A stretch of 63,239 nt of DNA, the filler included, from Choristocarpus tenellus KU-1152 (taxonomy: Eukaryota; Protista; Phaeophyceae), in NCBI GenBank assembly GCA_964200185.2. It is 12 parts of 12 records of this genome, joined end to end, with 100 filler letters (N's around TTAATTAATTAA, not from the genome) between each part and the next. Parts side by side here need not be neighbours in the genome. Positions count along the whole stretch, not along the records: positions 60,246 to 63,239 come from CAXNAD020023062.1; 11 more parts are not named here. One strand, written 5' to 3'. Shown in pieces: positions 62,301-63,239 of the stretch. The position numbers and the translations under genes were made by a program. The notes beneath the pieces were generated by a model that saw only the letters and a program-made list of their open reading frames with translations, was not told the origin of the DNA and did no database searches. Position 1 is the stretch's first letter. Each line of letters opens with the position of its first letter.

Positions 62301-63239
62301 AGTTGCCACGTGAAATCGGAAACCATGTGGTCACGAGAAACACTGGTGGATGTGCATGTAAGACATTCTCGAGAAACTAGAGTTGATTGCTAAGGAGTGG
62401 AGAATCATGGCAGCAACCAAACTAAGAGTGATGTAATATATAGGAGGGAGGTGTCGCTGAGTTTTAATGACTCTTCCCTATGACTGTCTTATGGGATAGG
62501 TGTTTTGAGCACCATTGTACGTAGAGGGTTCTTTCGGCTATCCTTGTGTTCTCAGCGAATTCTTCTTAAATGACCTGGCCTTCTTAACGGGGGTTAAATG
62601 CATATTTCAGACATGGGTATGGCGTTTATTGCGCAAGCTTCAAAAAGTTCTTGGACCTCAAAAAGCCCCAAAATGACCCCCCTGTATACGATGGTTTCAC
62701 TCATGGTGAGTGGCATGTACGTATGGTTGATAGAGCAAAGTACTTTATGGATGCAGTAGAACCATAGAGAGACAGAACTAGGCGGCATACGCCATGGAGC
62801 CAAAGTATCTTAGAGGATAGAGCCGCGTCCATTTGGGGGCCAAAATCCAATGTTGCGATTTTGATGTAATTTTGGTTATTGTGTTTGTTAGGAAGTGTGA
62901 AAATCCTTGTTCCGGACACACCTTTTGATAACACATACGTTTTACCTACTAAGAAATATTTTGGAGTAGGAAAATGCCATAAAAAATCCTGAGGGAAGCC
63001 AAGCCCCAAATGGACAATCAGGGGAAAAGTCGTACCCTCTAAGATACTTTCACTCTTATAATAGTACAATGAGTGTGGAACGCAAGGCAAATAATCAATG
63101 CAAAAATTGTAAACACTAGGAGATTAAGTAATAATAGGAGAAAATATGGCAAAAAAATGTGGTGAACACGAGTAACACCAGCATGCGAGAGAATGGACAA
63201 TGAAACAAAGAAGTACGTACTTGCCGGGGGGAGAGAGCA

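Overview
Eukaryotic, intron-containing, transposon-dense nuclear DNA. It is not one locus: 12 short contigs are joined by 11 artificial 100-bp spacers (N44-TTAATTAATTAA-N44), so synteny across spacers is meaningless. An algal, possibly stramenopile/brown-algal, origin is my inference only. Most of the window is decayed mobile DNA: several Ty1/copia fragments, a Ty3/gypsy LTR-gag-protease 5' half, two solo LTRs with exact TSDs, an RLE-type non-LTR 3' end, a probable DIRS relic, about 20 MITE copies or fragments from three families sharing G-N4-AAAGTA termini, and two larger inverted-repeat elements. By reading splice sites I reconstructed two intact spliced host genes that the ORF track fragments. 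One is a 5-exon F-box plus double Tudor/Agenet-like protein (320 aa, complement 42939-45780). The other is a 6-exon multi-pass membrane protein that needs a 7-nt microexon (350 aa, complement 23189-25796). There is also a tRNA-Val with a GAC anticodon (50551-50624). The best novelty candidates are the F-box/Tudor gene, the GAC tRNA, the RS-rich CCCH-finger Gag, the 2.2-kb TIR element with an unknown cargo ORF, and a CpG-rich contig with an ADD-like finger and a possible methyltransferase-like fold. All family assignments are by eye; no searches were run.
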